From Bacillota bacterium (GTDB lineage: Bacteria > Bacillota > Clostridia > Christensenellales > CAG-138), in the NCBI GenBank assembly GCA_023435025.1, contig JAEYSE010000032.1, positions 30,424-94,423 on the forward strand: 64,000 bases of DNA, written 5' to 3'. The notes beneath the pieces were generated by a model. That model searched no databases and was not told the origin of the DNA. It worked only from the letters and a program-made list of their open reading frames with translations. The translations under genes were made by a program, and so were the position numbers. Positions 55,436 to 64,000 of this stretch are shown piece after piece; within the stretch, counting starts at the first letter, position 1; the number at the start of each line of letters is the position of its first letter.

Positions 55436-55728
55436 CACAGCGTTTTTCCATGCCGGATAACCGGGTCCGCGCAACGGTAAACGACATCGGCACGGAGGAA
55501 CTTGCCCACTGGGAAATGATCGGAACCATGATCCATCAGTGCATGAGGGGCGCTACCGCCTCGGAGCTTAGGGCGGCGGGGCTGGAAGGGTTCTATACCA
55601 TGCACGACTGCGGCGTATTCCCCGCAGACCCCAACGGCGTCCCCTTTACAGCATCGTATATCCAATGTACGGGCGACCCCATTGCAGACCTTCACGAAGA
55701 CCTTGCAGCAGATGCTGCGATCGCATAA
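55410..55728 (+). pseudogene. cotJC: cotJC 3' segment (resumes at codon 35, then ends prematurely relative to canonical CotJC)
   Basis: In-frame translation is (E)LAAGVRYLTQRFSMPDNRVRATVNDIGTEELAHWEMIGTMIHQ...GVPFTASYIQCTGDPIADLHEDLAADAAIA*. This matches CotJC from the GELAAALRYL region on. It stops about 50 residues early. Confidence 0.8.
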
Positions 55729-55853
55729 GCGCAACTTAGTAGAGCGGCAACGCTTCTCCTTTCGGCCTCTCTTTTTGCCTAACTATCAAAATGCCAAGGA
55801 ATATGGTATGATAGACGAATTGTTTTATAATAAAAGGAAATACATGAGGTACT

Positions 55854-57479
55854 ATGATCAGCGCACAAGGAATATCTCTTCAGTTTGGCGGACGGCAGCT
55901 TTTTCAAAACGTTGACGTTCAATTTACCCCCGGCAACTGTTACGGCCTGATCGGAGCGAACGGAACCGGAAAATCTACATTTTTACGCATATTGTCAGGC
56001 GAGCTGGAACCGAATAAGGGCGAGGTTTTTATAACGCCGGGAGACCGTCTCGCGGTATTGCGCCAGGACCACTACGCCTATGAGCAACATACCCCGATCG
56101 AAACCATTATCATGGGATATCGGCGCCTGTATGAGGTCATGCAGCAAAAAGAGACGCTATACGCAAAGACAGATTTTGACGATGCCGATGGATTGAAGCT
56201 GGCCGAACTTGAAGCCGAATTCTCGGAAATGGACGGCTGGAATGCGGAGCCCGATGCGGAGACTCTACTCAATGGTCTCGGCGTCACCGGCGAATATCAC
56301 TATAAAAAAATGGCCGAATTGGACGGCCCGCGCAAGGTCAAAGTCTTGTTGGCGCAGGCCCTGTTTGCAAAGCCGGATATCCTTTTGCTTGACGAACCCA
56401 CCAACAACCTTGACATCTACGCCATTAAATGGCTGGAAGAGTTTTTAATGGATTTCCCCAATACGGTGATCGTGGTTTCCCATGACCGCCACTTTTTGAA
56501 CAAGGTCTGCACGCACATCGTCGATATCGACTATGGCAAGATTCAGCTATACGTGGGCAATTACGACTTCTGGTACGAATATACGCAGCTTGCCGCACGT
56601 CAGGCCAAGGACAAGCAAAAACAAAACGAGCAAAAAGCAAAGGAACTGCAGGAATTCATCCGGCGGTTCAGCGCCAATGCCTCAAAATCGCGCCAGGCAA
56701 CTTCCCGCAAAAAAATGCTGGATAACCTGCAGATGGATAATTTCGCTCCCTCCTCCCGCCGTTACCCCTTCATACATTTTAAGCCCGACCGCGAGCTGGG
56801 CAACGATGTGCTGTTTGTCAACGGCATCAGCAAGACAATTGGCGAGCGAAAAGTGCTTGATCAGGTTAGCTTTGTTGTACTACCGGGCGATAAAATCGTA
56901 TTTGTGGGCGAAGATGAACTTGCCCGCACCACGCTCTTCCAGATTCTTGCCGGAGAAGTGGAGCCCGATGAAGGGACGTACAAATGGGGCGTAACCACAA
57001 CACAGTCCTATCTCCCTTCCGATAATTCCGATTATTTCAATGGTTTGGAAATATCTTTGATCGATTGGCTGCGCCAGTACTCCAAGGATCAGTACGAATC
57101 AACCATTCGCGGCTGGCTGGGGCGCATGCTTTTCTCCGGTGAAGAGGCGCTTAAAAAGGTCAAGGTGCTCTCGGGCGGAGAAAAGGGACGCTGCATGTTC
57201 GCAAAGATGATGGTGTCCGGCGCAAACGTATTGATCATGAACGAACCGACCAACCATATGGATCTTGAAGCGATCACCGCGCTCAATGAAGGTATGACGG
57301 AGTTTAACGGTGTGATGCTGTTCGCGACGCACGATCATCAAATTGCGCAGACGGTCGCAAACCGGGTCATCGAGATCTTGCCTGGAATGCTAATAGACCG
57401 AAACATATCCTTTGACGATTATATGGATAACCCGGAAGTCATCCGGCTGCGTGCGCTGTATGCGAGCGGCAATGAATAA
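55854..57479 (+). CDS. ABC-F family ATPase (541 aa, YbiT/EttA-size class)
   Basis: It has two ABC cassettes (GANGTGKST, DEPTNNLD; LSGGEKGR, NEPTNHMD) and no TM domain. Confidence 0.9.
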   Translation: MISAQGISLQFGGRQLFQNVDVQFTPGNCYGLIGANGTGKSTFLRILSGELEPNKGEVFITPGDRLAVLRQDHYAYEQHTPIETIIMGYRRLYEVMQQKETLYAKTDFDDADGLKLAELEAEFSEMDGWNAEPDAETLLNGLGVTGEYHYKKMAELDGPRKVKVLLAQALFAKPDILLLDEPTNNLDIYAIKWLEEFLMDFPNTVIVVSHDRHFLNKVCTHIVDIDYGKIQLYVGNYDFWYEYTQLAARQAKDKQKQNEQKAKELQEFIRRFSANASKSRQATSRKKMLDNLQMDNFAPSSRRYPFIHFKPDRELGNDVLFVNGISKTIGERKVLDQVSFVVLPGDKIVFVGEDELARTTLFQILAGEVEPDEGTYKWGVTTTQSYLPSDNSDYFNGLEISLIDWLRQYSKDQYESTIRGWLGRMLFSGEEALKKVKVLSGGEKGRCMFAKMMVSGANVLIMNEPTNHMDLEAITALNEGMTEFNGVMLFATHDHQIAQTVANRVIEILPGMLIDRNISFDDYMDNPEVIRLRALYASGNE

Positions 57480-57578
57480 TGCTTTGCCGTTTATATAGTC
57501 GGAGCAGCCCACTATAAAATTTGTTCTTTGCATGATTGTCCGTTGAAACTCAAACACTACTTTATGGAGGTGATTGAG

Positions 57579-57722
57579 ATGGAGGAACGCGATTGGTATC
57601 CGGATATTTCAGAGACAGCTTCTTTCCATGAATGTACCGGATTGATGCCCCGGCTGCCAATAACTGAGGCAGAGCGCGAATCATATAAGGAACTCTTTGG
57701 AATGGAGATACCAAAGGACTAA
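57579..57722 (+). CDS. 47-aa hypothetical protein
   Basis: The start is set at MEERDWYP after GGAGGTG. A terminator follows. Confidence 0.4.
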   Translation: MEERDWYPDISETASFHECTGLMPRLPITEAERESYKELFGMEIPKD

Positions 57723-57726
57723 AGAA

Positions 57727-57760
57727 ATATCCCGCGCGATGTAGGCGCGGGATATTTTTT
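57727..57760 (+). terminator. Rho-independent terminator
   Basis: The stem is ATATCCCGCGC / GCGCGGGATAT followed by TTTTTT. Confidence 0.85.
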
Positions 57761-57848
57761 ACGCATCACGCTCTCCCAATACCAATTTTGACAAGTATTC
57801 GGCGTTCGTGTATGATTGTTTCCAAATACAAGTAATGAAGGACACTTT

Positions 57849-58730
57849 ATGATTCAACACTTATCATTGGGTCAACTCGCTAGTCACCTGGATTTCTTCA
57901 AAACCATGTATGACGCTGTACGGCTGGTGGACCCGGTTCAAAAAAGCGTGCTGGACTACCGTGAAAATGAAAGGTTCTCTACCGACGAGCTCTGTTTTAA
58001 CTATTGGAAGGATGCGAAAATCTGCGATAACTGCATTTCAATCAGAGCCCATAACGATCTTCGGTGTTATATGAAGCTGGAGCAGGCACCCAGCGTCATT
58101 ATGATGGTGACAGCGCTTCCCATTGAGAATACGCAGAGTCCCATTGTGCTGGAGCTTATTAAAAACGCAACGGAGACCATGCTCTTTGGGCAAGGCGTTT
58201 ACCCGGAAGGGCGCATGATGAAAGACGTTGTTATTGAATTGAACGATCTGATTATAAAAGACAATTTGACAGGCTTATACAACAGGCGGTACGTGGACGA
58301 GCGTCTGCCTGTGGATATCGTCAAAGCCACATATTCCGATCAGCCGCTGAGCCTCGCTTTTCTGGATATCGACAATTTAAAGGCCATCAACGATGCGTAC
58401 GGGCATACGGCCGGGGACAAAACCATTGCTTCCATGGCGGCCGCCATGAACAGCTGCATAAGAGCAGGAGCGGATTGGGTCGCCCGGTACGGCGGCGACG
58501 AGTTTATTGTGTGCCTGAACAACACGTCCTACGAGGCCGCCGAGATAATTATGGCGCGGATACGCACGAAGATTCTGGAAATCGAACAGTTCCGGAATGA
58601 TGGGATTGCGGGATCCGTTTCTTACGGAATCTACACCATGCATCGGGAGCAGCTGACGGCACAGGCGCTGATCGCCCGGGCGGACGAACGCATGTATCAG
58701 GCAAAGATTAAGTCAAAAGCTGAGAAATGA
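57849..58730 (+). CDS. Diguanylate cyclase (GGDEF) with an N-terminal Cys-containing sensor region
   Basis: It has LTGLYNRRY, DIDNLKAINDAYGH and RYGGDEFIV. The start is set at MIQHLSL after GAAGGA. Confidence 0.85.
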   Translation: MIQHLSLGQLASHLDFFKTMYDAVRLVDPVQKSVLDYRENERFSTDELCFNYWKDAKICDNCISIRAHNDLRCYMKLEQAPSVIMMVTALPIENTQSPIVLELIKNATETMLFGQGVYPEGRMMKDVVIELNDLIIKDNLTGLYNRRYVDERLPVDIVKATYSDQPLSLAFLDIDNLKAINDAYGHTAGDKTIASMAAAMNSCIRAGADWVARYGGDEFIVCLNNTSYEAAEIIMARIRTKILEIEQFRNDGIAGSVSYGIYTMHREQLTAQALIARADERMYQAKIKSKAEK

Positions 58731-58737
58731 TGCCTCA

Positions 58738-59142
58738 TTATGTGCGACATTGGCTGGATTCTCCTGCATGGCTTGCGATATATGTATCATAGCGTGCAGA
58801 ATAATACGCAATCTTATGTGAAACCTTGTTCAGATATTGTTGCATATCCCTGATTTGCGCCTCTACATTGTTCTTATGTTCCTGCAGCATCTCACAGCGC
58901 TGCTTTAATGTGGCATCCCCTTCTATGCTCAAGTCCACAAAGTCCTTGATTTGTTTGATGGACATGCCGGTATTCTTTAGACAGCAAATCAGCCCCAGCC
59001 ACTCCAGATCATCCTCAGAATAATGGCGGATGCCGCTTTTACTGCGCCCGACCTGGGGCAGCAGGCCTTCTTTTTCATAGTAACGAAGAACGTGCGCGGC
59101 CAGATTTGTTTTTTCCGATACCTGTTTGACCGTGTAACCCAT
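58738..59142 (-). CDS. MerR-family transcriptional regulator
   Basis: MGYTVKQVSEKTNLAAHVLRYYEKEGLL is the MerR HTH. A coiled-coil dimerisation helix follows. Confidence 0.88.
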   Translation of the reverse strand: MGYTVKQVSEKTNLAAHVLRYYEKEGLLPQVGRSKSGIRHYSEDDLEWLGLICCLKNTGMSIKQIKDFVDLSIEGDATLKQRCEMLQEHKNNVEAQIRDMQQYLNKVSHKIAYYSARYDTYIASHAGESSQCRT

Positions 59143-59172
59143 ATGCTCCTCCCAAAATTATGATCTTTGCTA

Positions 59173-59203
59173 TTGACTTAACGTTAACGTTAAGATTTAT
59201 GAT
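59173..59203 (+). promoter_or_regulatory. MerR-type promoter with a 19-nt spacer containing a perfect 18-bp palindromic operator
   Basis: It reads TTGACT, a 19-nt spacer, then TATGAT. The palindrome CTTAACGTTAACGTTAAG (59177-59194) spans the spacer. Confidence 0.75.
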
Positions 59204-59289
59204 ATAAAAAATACCGCATAGTCAGGCCTAAGTCAAACGAAGTTTTTGAAATGCCGGGCATTCTAAGAAGATGAAAGTGAGGAAAACGT

Positions 59290-60468
59290 ATGCTCAATTT
59301 TGATTTTTACTCCCCCGCGCGCATCCTTTTTGGCAGGGATACGCAAAAGAAGATTGGCGAGCTTTTAAAGCCGCACGCCAAAAAGATTCTGCTGCACTAT
59401 GGTGGTAGCAGCATTAAAAAAAGCGGCCTGTATGATACGGTAGTTGCCTCTCTGAGAGAAAACGGGCTGGAATATGTGGAACTTGGCGGTGTGGTCCCCA
59501 ACCCGCGCCTTTCTTTGGTGCACACGGGCATTGAGCTGTGCAAAAAGGAAAACGTGGACCTCATACTCGCCGTAGGCGGCGGCAGCGCGATTGATTCGGC
59601 CAAAGCCATCGCCATGGGAGTGTATTATGAGGGCGACGTGTGGGACGTCTATGAGCAGGGCATCGCGATTGAAAAGGCCCTCCCCGTGGCGATTATACTC
59701 ACAATCCCGGCGGCAGGCAGCGAATCGAGCGGGGATACCGTTATTACAAATGAGGAGAAGCAGTTGAAGTACGGCTACGGCAGCCCGCGTCTAAGGCCGC
59801 TTTTGAGCATCATCAACCCCGAACTGTTCTTTACGTTACCCAAAAACCAGATCGCAAACGGCGTGGCGGATATGATGAGCCATGTATTTGAGCGTTATTT
59901 CACCAATACCACGCATACCGACCTGACTGACGGACTGTGCGAAACGACGCTCAGGACCATCATGAAAAACGGGCTGATCGTGAACAAAGACCCACAGAAT
60001 TACGAAGCCTGGTGCGAGGTAGGCTTTGGCGGCACAGTGGCCCACAACGGTCTTCTGGGCATGGGCCGCGAGCAGGATTGGGCCTGCCACAACATGGAGC
60101 ACGAACTGAGCGCCATATACGACGTGGCCCACGGCGCAGGGCTTGCCGTGCTGACCCCGGCGTGGATGCAGTATGTATATAAGGATAATGTAAACATGTT
60201 TGTGCAGTTCGCCGTGAATGTCATGGGCGTAACCGGCAGCTACCGCGACCCCGACGCCATCGTACAGGAAGGGATCAGCCGCTTAAGTGAATTCTTCAAG
60301 AAGATGGGCCTTCCCTCCACGTTGGGCGAATTGGGTATCGACGAAAGCAAGCTCGAGCTGATGGCGAAAAAATCCACCGGCGCGGCGTTCGGCAGCGAAC
60401 ACCCCATCGGTGGTCTCAAAAAGCTCTATTGGCAGGACGTGCTGAATATTTATCAGCTGGCGAAGTAG
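59290..60468 (+). CDS. Iron-containing (group III) alcohol dehydrogenase, butanol-dehydrogenase-like
   Basis: The 392-aa ORF has GGGSAIDSAK and the His-rich metal site region (HNMEHELSAIYDVAHGAGLA). Confidence 0.88.
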   Translation: MLNFDFYSPARILFGRDTQKKIGELLKPHAKKILLHYGGSSIKKSGLYDTVVASLRENGLEYVELGGVVPNPRLSLVHTGIELCKKENVDLILAVGGGSAIDSAKAIAMGVYYEGDVWDVYEQGIAIEKALPVAIILTIPAAGSESSGDTVITNEEKQLKYGYGSPRLRPLLSIINPELFFTLPKNQIANGVADMMSHVFERYFTNTTHTDLTDGLCETTLRTIMKNGLIVNKDPQNYEAWCEVGFGGTVAHNGLLGMGREQDWACHNMEHELSAIYDVAHGAGLAVLTPAWMQYVYKDNVNMFVQFAVNVMGVTGSYRDPDAIVQEGISRLSEFFKKMGLPSTLGELGIDESKLELMAKKSTGAAFGSEHPIGGLKKLYWQDVLNIYQLAK

Positions 60469-60494
60469 ACCTCCATTCTTTTATGATAGAAAAA

Positions 60495-60524
60495 CGCCCC
60501 CAACCTGCGTTGGAGGCGTTTTTT
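60495..60524. terminator. Bidirectional terminator between convergent genes
   Basis: The stem is CGCCCCCAAC / GTTGGAGGCG, flanked by an A-run and T6. Confidence 0.75.
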
Positions 60525-60535
60525 AACGGTCGTAA

Positions 60536-61648
60536 TCAAACCTGCGGCAGTTCGCGTTCTTCTTCCCTGCCCTTTGGAACAGACGGACCCTTGATTGCTG
60601 TGATAAATTTGGTTGCGTATGCCAAATTCTCGGTAGGGCACGCATCCACGCAGTGTCCGCAGCCTACGCAGCTGATATCTCTTACGTCAATGCCCTTTAT
60701 GGCGTTTGTCTTGATATCAATGGACATAGGGCAAGCGACATTGCATTTATTGCACGCTATGCATCTTGTTTGTGCTGTTGCTATTCTTTGACCGGCGATT
60801 TTTGAAACAAATCCCAGCACCGTGCCCAAGGGACAATAAAAGCAATACCCTCTGCCCATGAACGCGATCCAGAAGAAGATCGCCGCCAACAGCTCCCCAG
60901 CAAGATACTTGTATGATTCCGCTCTTGCAACCATCTCTTTGTCTAAAGGCAGCGGCACACCGATAAGATTTAGCACCCAATACAGGAAAAATAGCAGCCC
61001 AATGCCCAAGAACACCCACCGGAGCACATACAACGCTTTAAGGGTACCGTCCTTAGGTTGGCGGCGCTTTCCGATTAAGGGCATTGCGGGGTTGAAAACC
61101 TCGGCAGCAAACCCGTTAAACAGGCATATGGTGGAACACTGGAACCTACGCCCATATAACAGCGTAACGATCAATACGATTACGCAGACGCAGATATAAA
61201 CGATCAGCGCCGCCATGATGCCGCGGACACCCCAGGCGGCGAGGTTGCTCTGATAAAAAGAAGTTGTCTGGTCCAACAGCCGCATAGGAGTCGTGGTCCA
61301 TGGAAACGGCATGGTATAGAAATACAGTTCAAAATTGTTCGCAAGAAACGGTACGGCAATATGAAGTATCAAAGCGGCGGCAATGAAGCCAATAAGGTTC
61401 CTTTTACGCATCGATGAGCGTTTTGATGATGAGATGATTCTGATGGTGAGTAGGCTCCCAAGAATAATAAATGCCGTCTTCACCCAGTTTTCATAGATCA
61501 GCCAGATCCATGTGATGGTATGTGCAACGGCCTCCGGTGCCTTTTTTACATAACCATAGTTTAATCCGGCAATCACAAAGCACATGATAATGTACACCCA
61601 CAGGATGACTTTTAACAGCTTAACGTGGATATCACGACGTGTCTTCAT
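60536..61648 (-). CDS. Membrane-bound 4Fe-4S ferredoxin-type protein (NapH/MauN-like)
   Basis: The 370-aa ORF has several TM helices. It has CFYCPLG, CIACNKCNVACP and CVGCGHCVDACP. Confidence 0.7.
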   Translation of the reverse strand: MKTRRDIHVKLLKVILWVYIIMCFVIAGLNYGYVKKAPEAVAHTITWIWLIYENWVKTAFIILGSLLTIRIISSSKRSSMRKRNLIGFIAAALILHIAVPFLANNFELYFYTMPFPWTTTPMRLLDQTTSFYQSNLAAWGVRGIMAALIVYICVCVIVLIVTLLYGRRFQCSTICLFNGFAAEVFNPAMPLIGKRRQPKDGTLKALYVLRWVFLGIGLLFFLYWVLNLIGVPLPLDKEMVARAESYKYLAGELLAAIFFWIAFMGRGYCFYCPLGTVLGFVSKIAGQRIATAQTRCIACNKCNVACPMSIDIKTNAIKGIDVRDISCVGCGHCVDACPTENLAYATKFITAIKGPSVPKGREEERELPQV

Positions 61649-61978
61649 TGCTATCCCCCGAATTTAAAGAGTACAGACTATTATACCGCTTCAATTACTA
61701 TGGTCAATCCGTCAAGCTATTCCAATTTTCGACATAATACTTTATTTCAAAAGCTGCCCCTTCCATTTCATACCATGATACGCTATGATGTTTCTTGGAG
61801 TGTATGACCCCAAACAGAAATTAGGCTTGGGGAAATATTTGCCCAAGCAAGAGAGGAGCGATGGAATATGAAGTTTACAAAGATTGTGGATATTGTCCCG
61901 AACGGGGAGGGAAAAAGAATTTCATAATCCTCTTTTTGCCCTCCAAAAAGCAACTATGAAATTTTTTTGGAGGATAAC

Positions 61979-63055
61979 ATGTATTTTCAGAATTTAAAAC
62001 GATATGGTTTTTCCCCGCGCTTCGAACAGGAAGCGACTCTGTATGAAGGGCTGTTTCCGGCAAGGGTTTTGGAACAGCATCGCGAACTCTATAAGCTGAT
62101 TTCTGAAGATGGGGAACTTTGGGCGGCTGTTTCAGGTAAACTCGCCCATAACGCTGTTACCAACGTGGATTTCCCCGCCGTCGGGGATTGGGTGATGATT
62201 GACAGGGTGGACAATTGCGGCGGGAATGCCGTTATCCACCATGTGCTTCGCCGAAAAAGCACGTTTGCGCGCAAGGCCGCAGGAACCTCCAACGCATCCC
62301 AGGTGGTTGCTTCCAACATCGATATCGTGTTCATCTGTATGTCGCTGAACGCGAACTTCAATTTGAGGCGCCTGGAACGCTACCTGTCTATCGCCTGGGA
62401 CAGCATGGCTACCCCCGTTATCGTGTTAACCAAAGCCGACCTGTGCGGGGATCTGGACGCGCGGCTTTCGGAAATATCCGCAGTCGCCGTTGGGACGGAC
62501 GTCGTAACCTGCTCAGCCATGGAAAAGGACGGCTACCAGGGTGTCCTGCCCTATGTCACTGCCGGGAGAACCGTCGCGTTTATCGGGTCTTCCGGCGTAG
62601 GAAAATCCACGCTGATCAACCGACTTATGGGGGAAGACGTACTTTTCACAAACGAGATCGGCATGGACGACAAAGGGCGGCACACCACAACGCACCGCCA
62701 GCTTCTGCTTTTGCCGGACGGCGGCCTTGTGATCGATACTCCTGGCATGCGGGAATTGCAGCTTGAGTCCGGGGACCTTTCCAAAGCCTTTGAGGACATT
62801 GAAGATTTGGCCGCATTATGCAGGTACCGCGACTGTTCCCATGCCACAGAGCCGGGGTGCGCGGTAAAGCAGGCCATTGAGGCCGGAACCCTGCCGGTGG
62901 AGCGCCTGGAAAGCTACAACAAGCTGCAAAAGGAAATCGGGTACGCAGAACAGAACGCGCGCCAGCGGGAACAGGAAAAAATTAACCGGATGTTCGGCAG
63001 CAAGGGCCAAATGAAGCAGGCCATGCGCGAAATCAAGAACAGGAACAAGTTCTAG
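61979..63055 (+). CDS. rsgA: Ribosome small-subunit-dependent GTPase A
   Basis: It has circularly permuted GTPase motifs (LTKADL, GSSGVGKSTLINRL, DTPGMRE) and a zinc knuckle (CRYRDCSHATEPGCAV). The ATG follows GGAGGA. Confidence 0.9.
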   Translation: MYFQNLKRYGFSPRFEQEATLYEGLFPARVLEQHRELYKLISEDGELWAAVSGKLAHNAVTNVDFPAVGDWVMIDRVDNCGGNAVIHHVLRRKSTFARKAAGTSNASQVVASNIDIVFICMSLNANFNLRRLERYLSIAWDSMATPVIVLTKADLCGDLDARLSEISAVAVGTDVVTCSAMEKDGYQGVLPYVTAGRTVAFIGSSGVGKSTLINRLMGEDVLFTNEIGMDDKGRHTTTHRQLLLLPDGGLVIDTPGMRELQLESGDLSKAFEDIEDLAALCRYRDCSHATEPGCAVKQAIEAGTLPVERLESYNKLQKEIGYAEQNARQREQEKINRMFGSKGQMKQAMREIKNRNKF

Positions 63056-63062
63056 CGGTATC

Positions 63063-63097
63063 AAAAATGGAACTCTCAACAGAGGGTTCCATTTTTT
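63063..63097. terminator. Bidirectional terminator between rsgA and the vWA gene
   Basis: The stem is AAAATGGAAC / GTTCCATTTT with flanking A/T runs. Confidence 0.75.
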
Positions 63098-63102
63098 ATC
63101 GT

Positions 63103-63765
63103 TCAACCCTTCTTTTCAGGTGCCCGGCGCATTCGATAATCATCCTCAACGCCGTCCTTCCAATCCGCTGAAAGCAGTGCATTCGTTCTGAGCTGCGCAA
63201 CCGCTTCGCCTACCGCCCTATAATTGAGCTGAACGCCATGGCTATCCGCCATAAAGTTGGCGGCGCGGTCCTGGTGGATGCCGAACGCTTTTGCTGTAGC
63301 GATTGCGTCGATATTTGCGCCTAAAAAAATAAACTCCCAGCCGCATTCTTCCTGCTGCCGTTCTACCATAGCTTTGATTTTTTCGCCTGCGTATTCCCGG
63401 CTGGCGTTTTCCATGCCGTCAGTCGTAATGACGATGATCACTTTGCTGGCTTTATGATTCGGCAGAACATTTTTCTGGGCGTTATCGATCTTTTGAAGGG
63501 TACGCCCGATCGCGTCCAGCAGTGCCGTGGTTCCTCTGACATAGTACTCTTTTTGCGTAATGGGCGCAATCCCCGCAATATTTGCCCGGTCATGCAGCAG
63601 CTCGTACTGATCGTCAAATAACACGGTGGTCACCAGTGCCTCGCCGGGGACCTGCTTCTGCTTATCCAGCATAGCGTTATACCCGCCTATGGTATCGCTC
63701 TCCAGCCCTGCCATGGAACCGCTGCGGTCCAGTATGAATACGAGTTCCGTATGGTTGTTTTCCAT
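63103..63765 (-). CDS. von Willebrand factor type A (vWA) domain protein
   Basis: The 220-aa ORF has the MIDAS motif DRSGSM and a TDGMEN-type loop. Confidence 0.8.
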   Translation of the reverse strand: MENNHTELVFILDRSGSMAGLESDTIGGYNAMLDKQKQVPGEALVTTVLFDDQYELLHDRANIAGIAPITQKEYYVRGTTALLDAIGRTLQKIDNAQKNVLPNHKASKVIIVITTDGMENASREYAGEKIKAMVERQQEECGWEFIFLGANIDAIATAKAFGIHQDRAANFMADSHGVQLNYRAVGEAVAQLRTNALLSADWKDGVEDDYRMRRAPEKKG

Positions 63766-63863
63766 TGCGCTATCCTCCCTGTTCGTTGTGCTTTAGAGGA
63801 TAGCATCCGATAAACGCTCAAAGGTCGCCTAGGAAGCGACAGTTTTGCGACAATACCGACCTC

Positions 63864-64000
63864 TTACCGCATCCCGCCCAAAAGCGGCTGATCGAACGCA
63901 AACAGCGTCTCATTGATTTCAAATATGTCGTAGTTTCCTTCCCGGATAAAATACTCCACGATGATATCCTGTTTATGGCTGCGGGAAAGGGCGTATCCAG
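63864..64000 (-). CDS. C-terminal 45 codons of an unidentified protein (the 5' end lies outside the window)
   Basis: The open frame to the window edge reads ...[45 protein letters not shown] could not assign a family. Confidence 0.35.
   Translation of the reverse strand, partial: GYALSRSHKQDIIVEYFIREGNYDIFEINETLFAFDQPLLGGMR

Noticed and set aside
55700-55722. The palindrome GCAGCA-GA-TGCTGC at the point where cotJC similarity ends, considered as a second att site for the same recombinase
   Set aside because: Only 6-bp arms pair, and the flanks bear no resemblance to the GTGGTTTGTGACC half-sites. It is probably coincidence. The truncation itself is kept as a finding.
61649-61978. A 330-bp leader upstream of rsgA with two imperfect hairpins and a 19-codon ORF (MKFTKIVDIVPNGEGKRIS) after AGAGGAG
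   Set aside because: The hairpins lack U-runs and I see no alternative-pairing logic. The peptide has no codon bias suggestive of attenuation. The evidence is too weak to call.

Overview
This 64-kb chromosomal window comes from a spore-forming, moderately GC-rich Firmicute that looks Clostridia-like, with a gerA-type germinant receptor operon, a cotJ operon, Rnf and 2-oxoacid:ferredoxin oxidoreductase. Most of it is ordinary housekeeping. It includes a T-box-controlled hisS-aspS operon (aspS runs off the left edge and is missing from the ORF track), a DEAD-box helicase, korDABC-type oxidoreductase, cdaA-cdaR, and a PAS-PP2C phosphatase. It also holds a MarR/glycerate-kinase-like/ABC-F/DUF2804 operon, an NlpC/P60 hydrolase, hprK-glcK, two VanW/G5 proteins, and a lysine-riboswitch-controlled amino-acid ABC importer. 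The rest comprises an ABC-2 exporter, a second ABC-F, a GGDEF protein, a MerR-alcohol dehydrogenase pair, rsgA and a vWA protein. The standout finding is that the spore-coat gene cotJC, directly after cotJA-cotJB, is split after codon 34 by a 13,246-bp intervening element (42164-55409). The two cotJC halves join in frame across a shared GA dinucleotide. The element ends carry 13-nt inverted repeats placed symmetrically 7 nt from that GA, which is the architecture of a serine-integrase attP. A 555-aa large serine recombinase sits at the right end, and its ORF reads across attR. This resembles skin/SPbeta-type sporulation intervening elements, but the cargo is not phage-like. It is a complete rnfCDGEAB operon, a DUF362 Fe-S protein, a Ca2+/Na+ antiporter, an NhaD/ArsB permease and trkAH. 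The rejoined cotJC would still lack the last ~50 residues, so the system may be decaying or doubly rearranged. A secondary curiosity is an AT-rich 0.5-kb intergenic island (29.7-30.2 kb). It has a strong promoter, a ~200-nt terminator-ended RNA bearing an anti-SD and a G-quadruplex motif, and an antisense 52-codon hydrophobic ORF.
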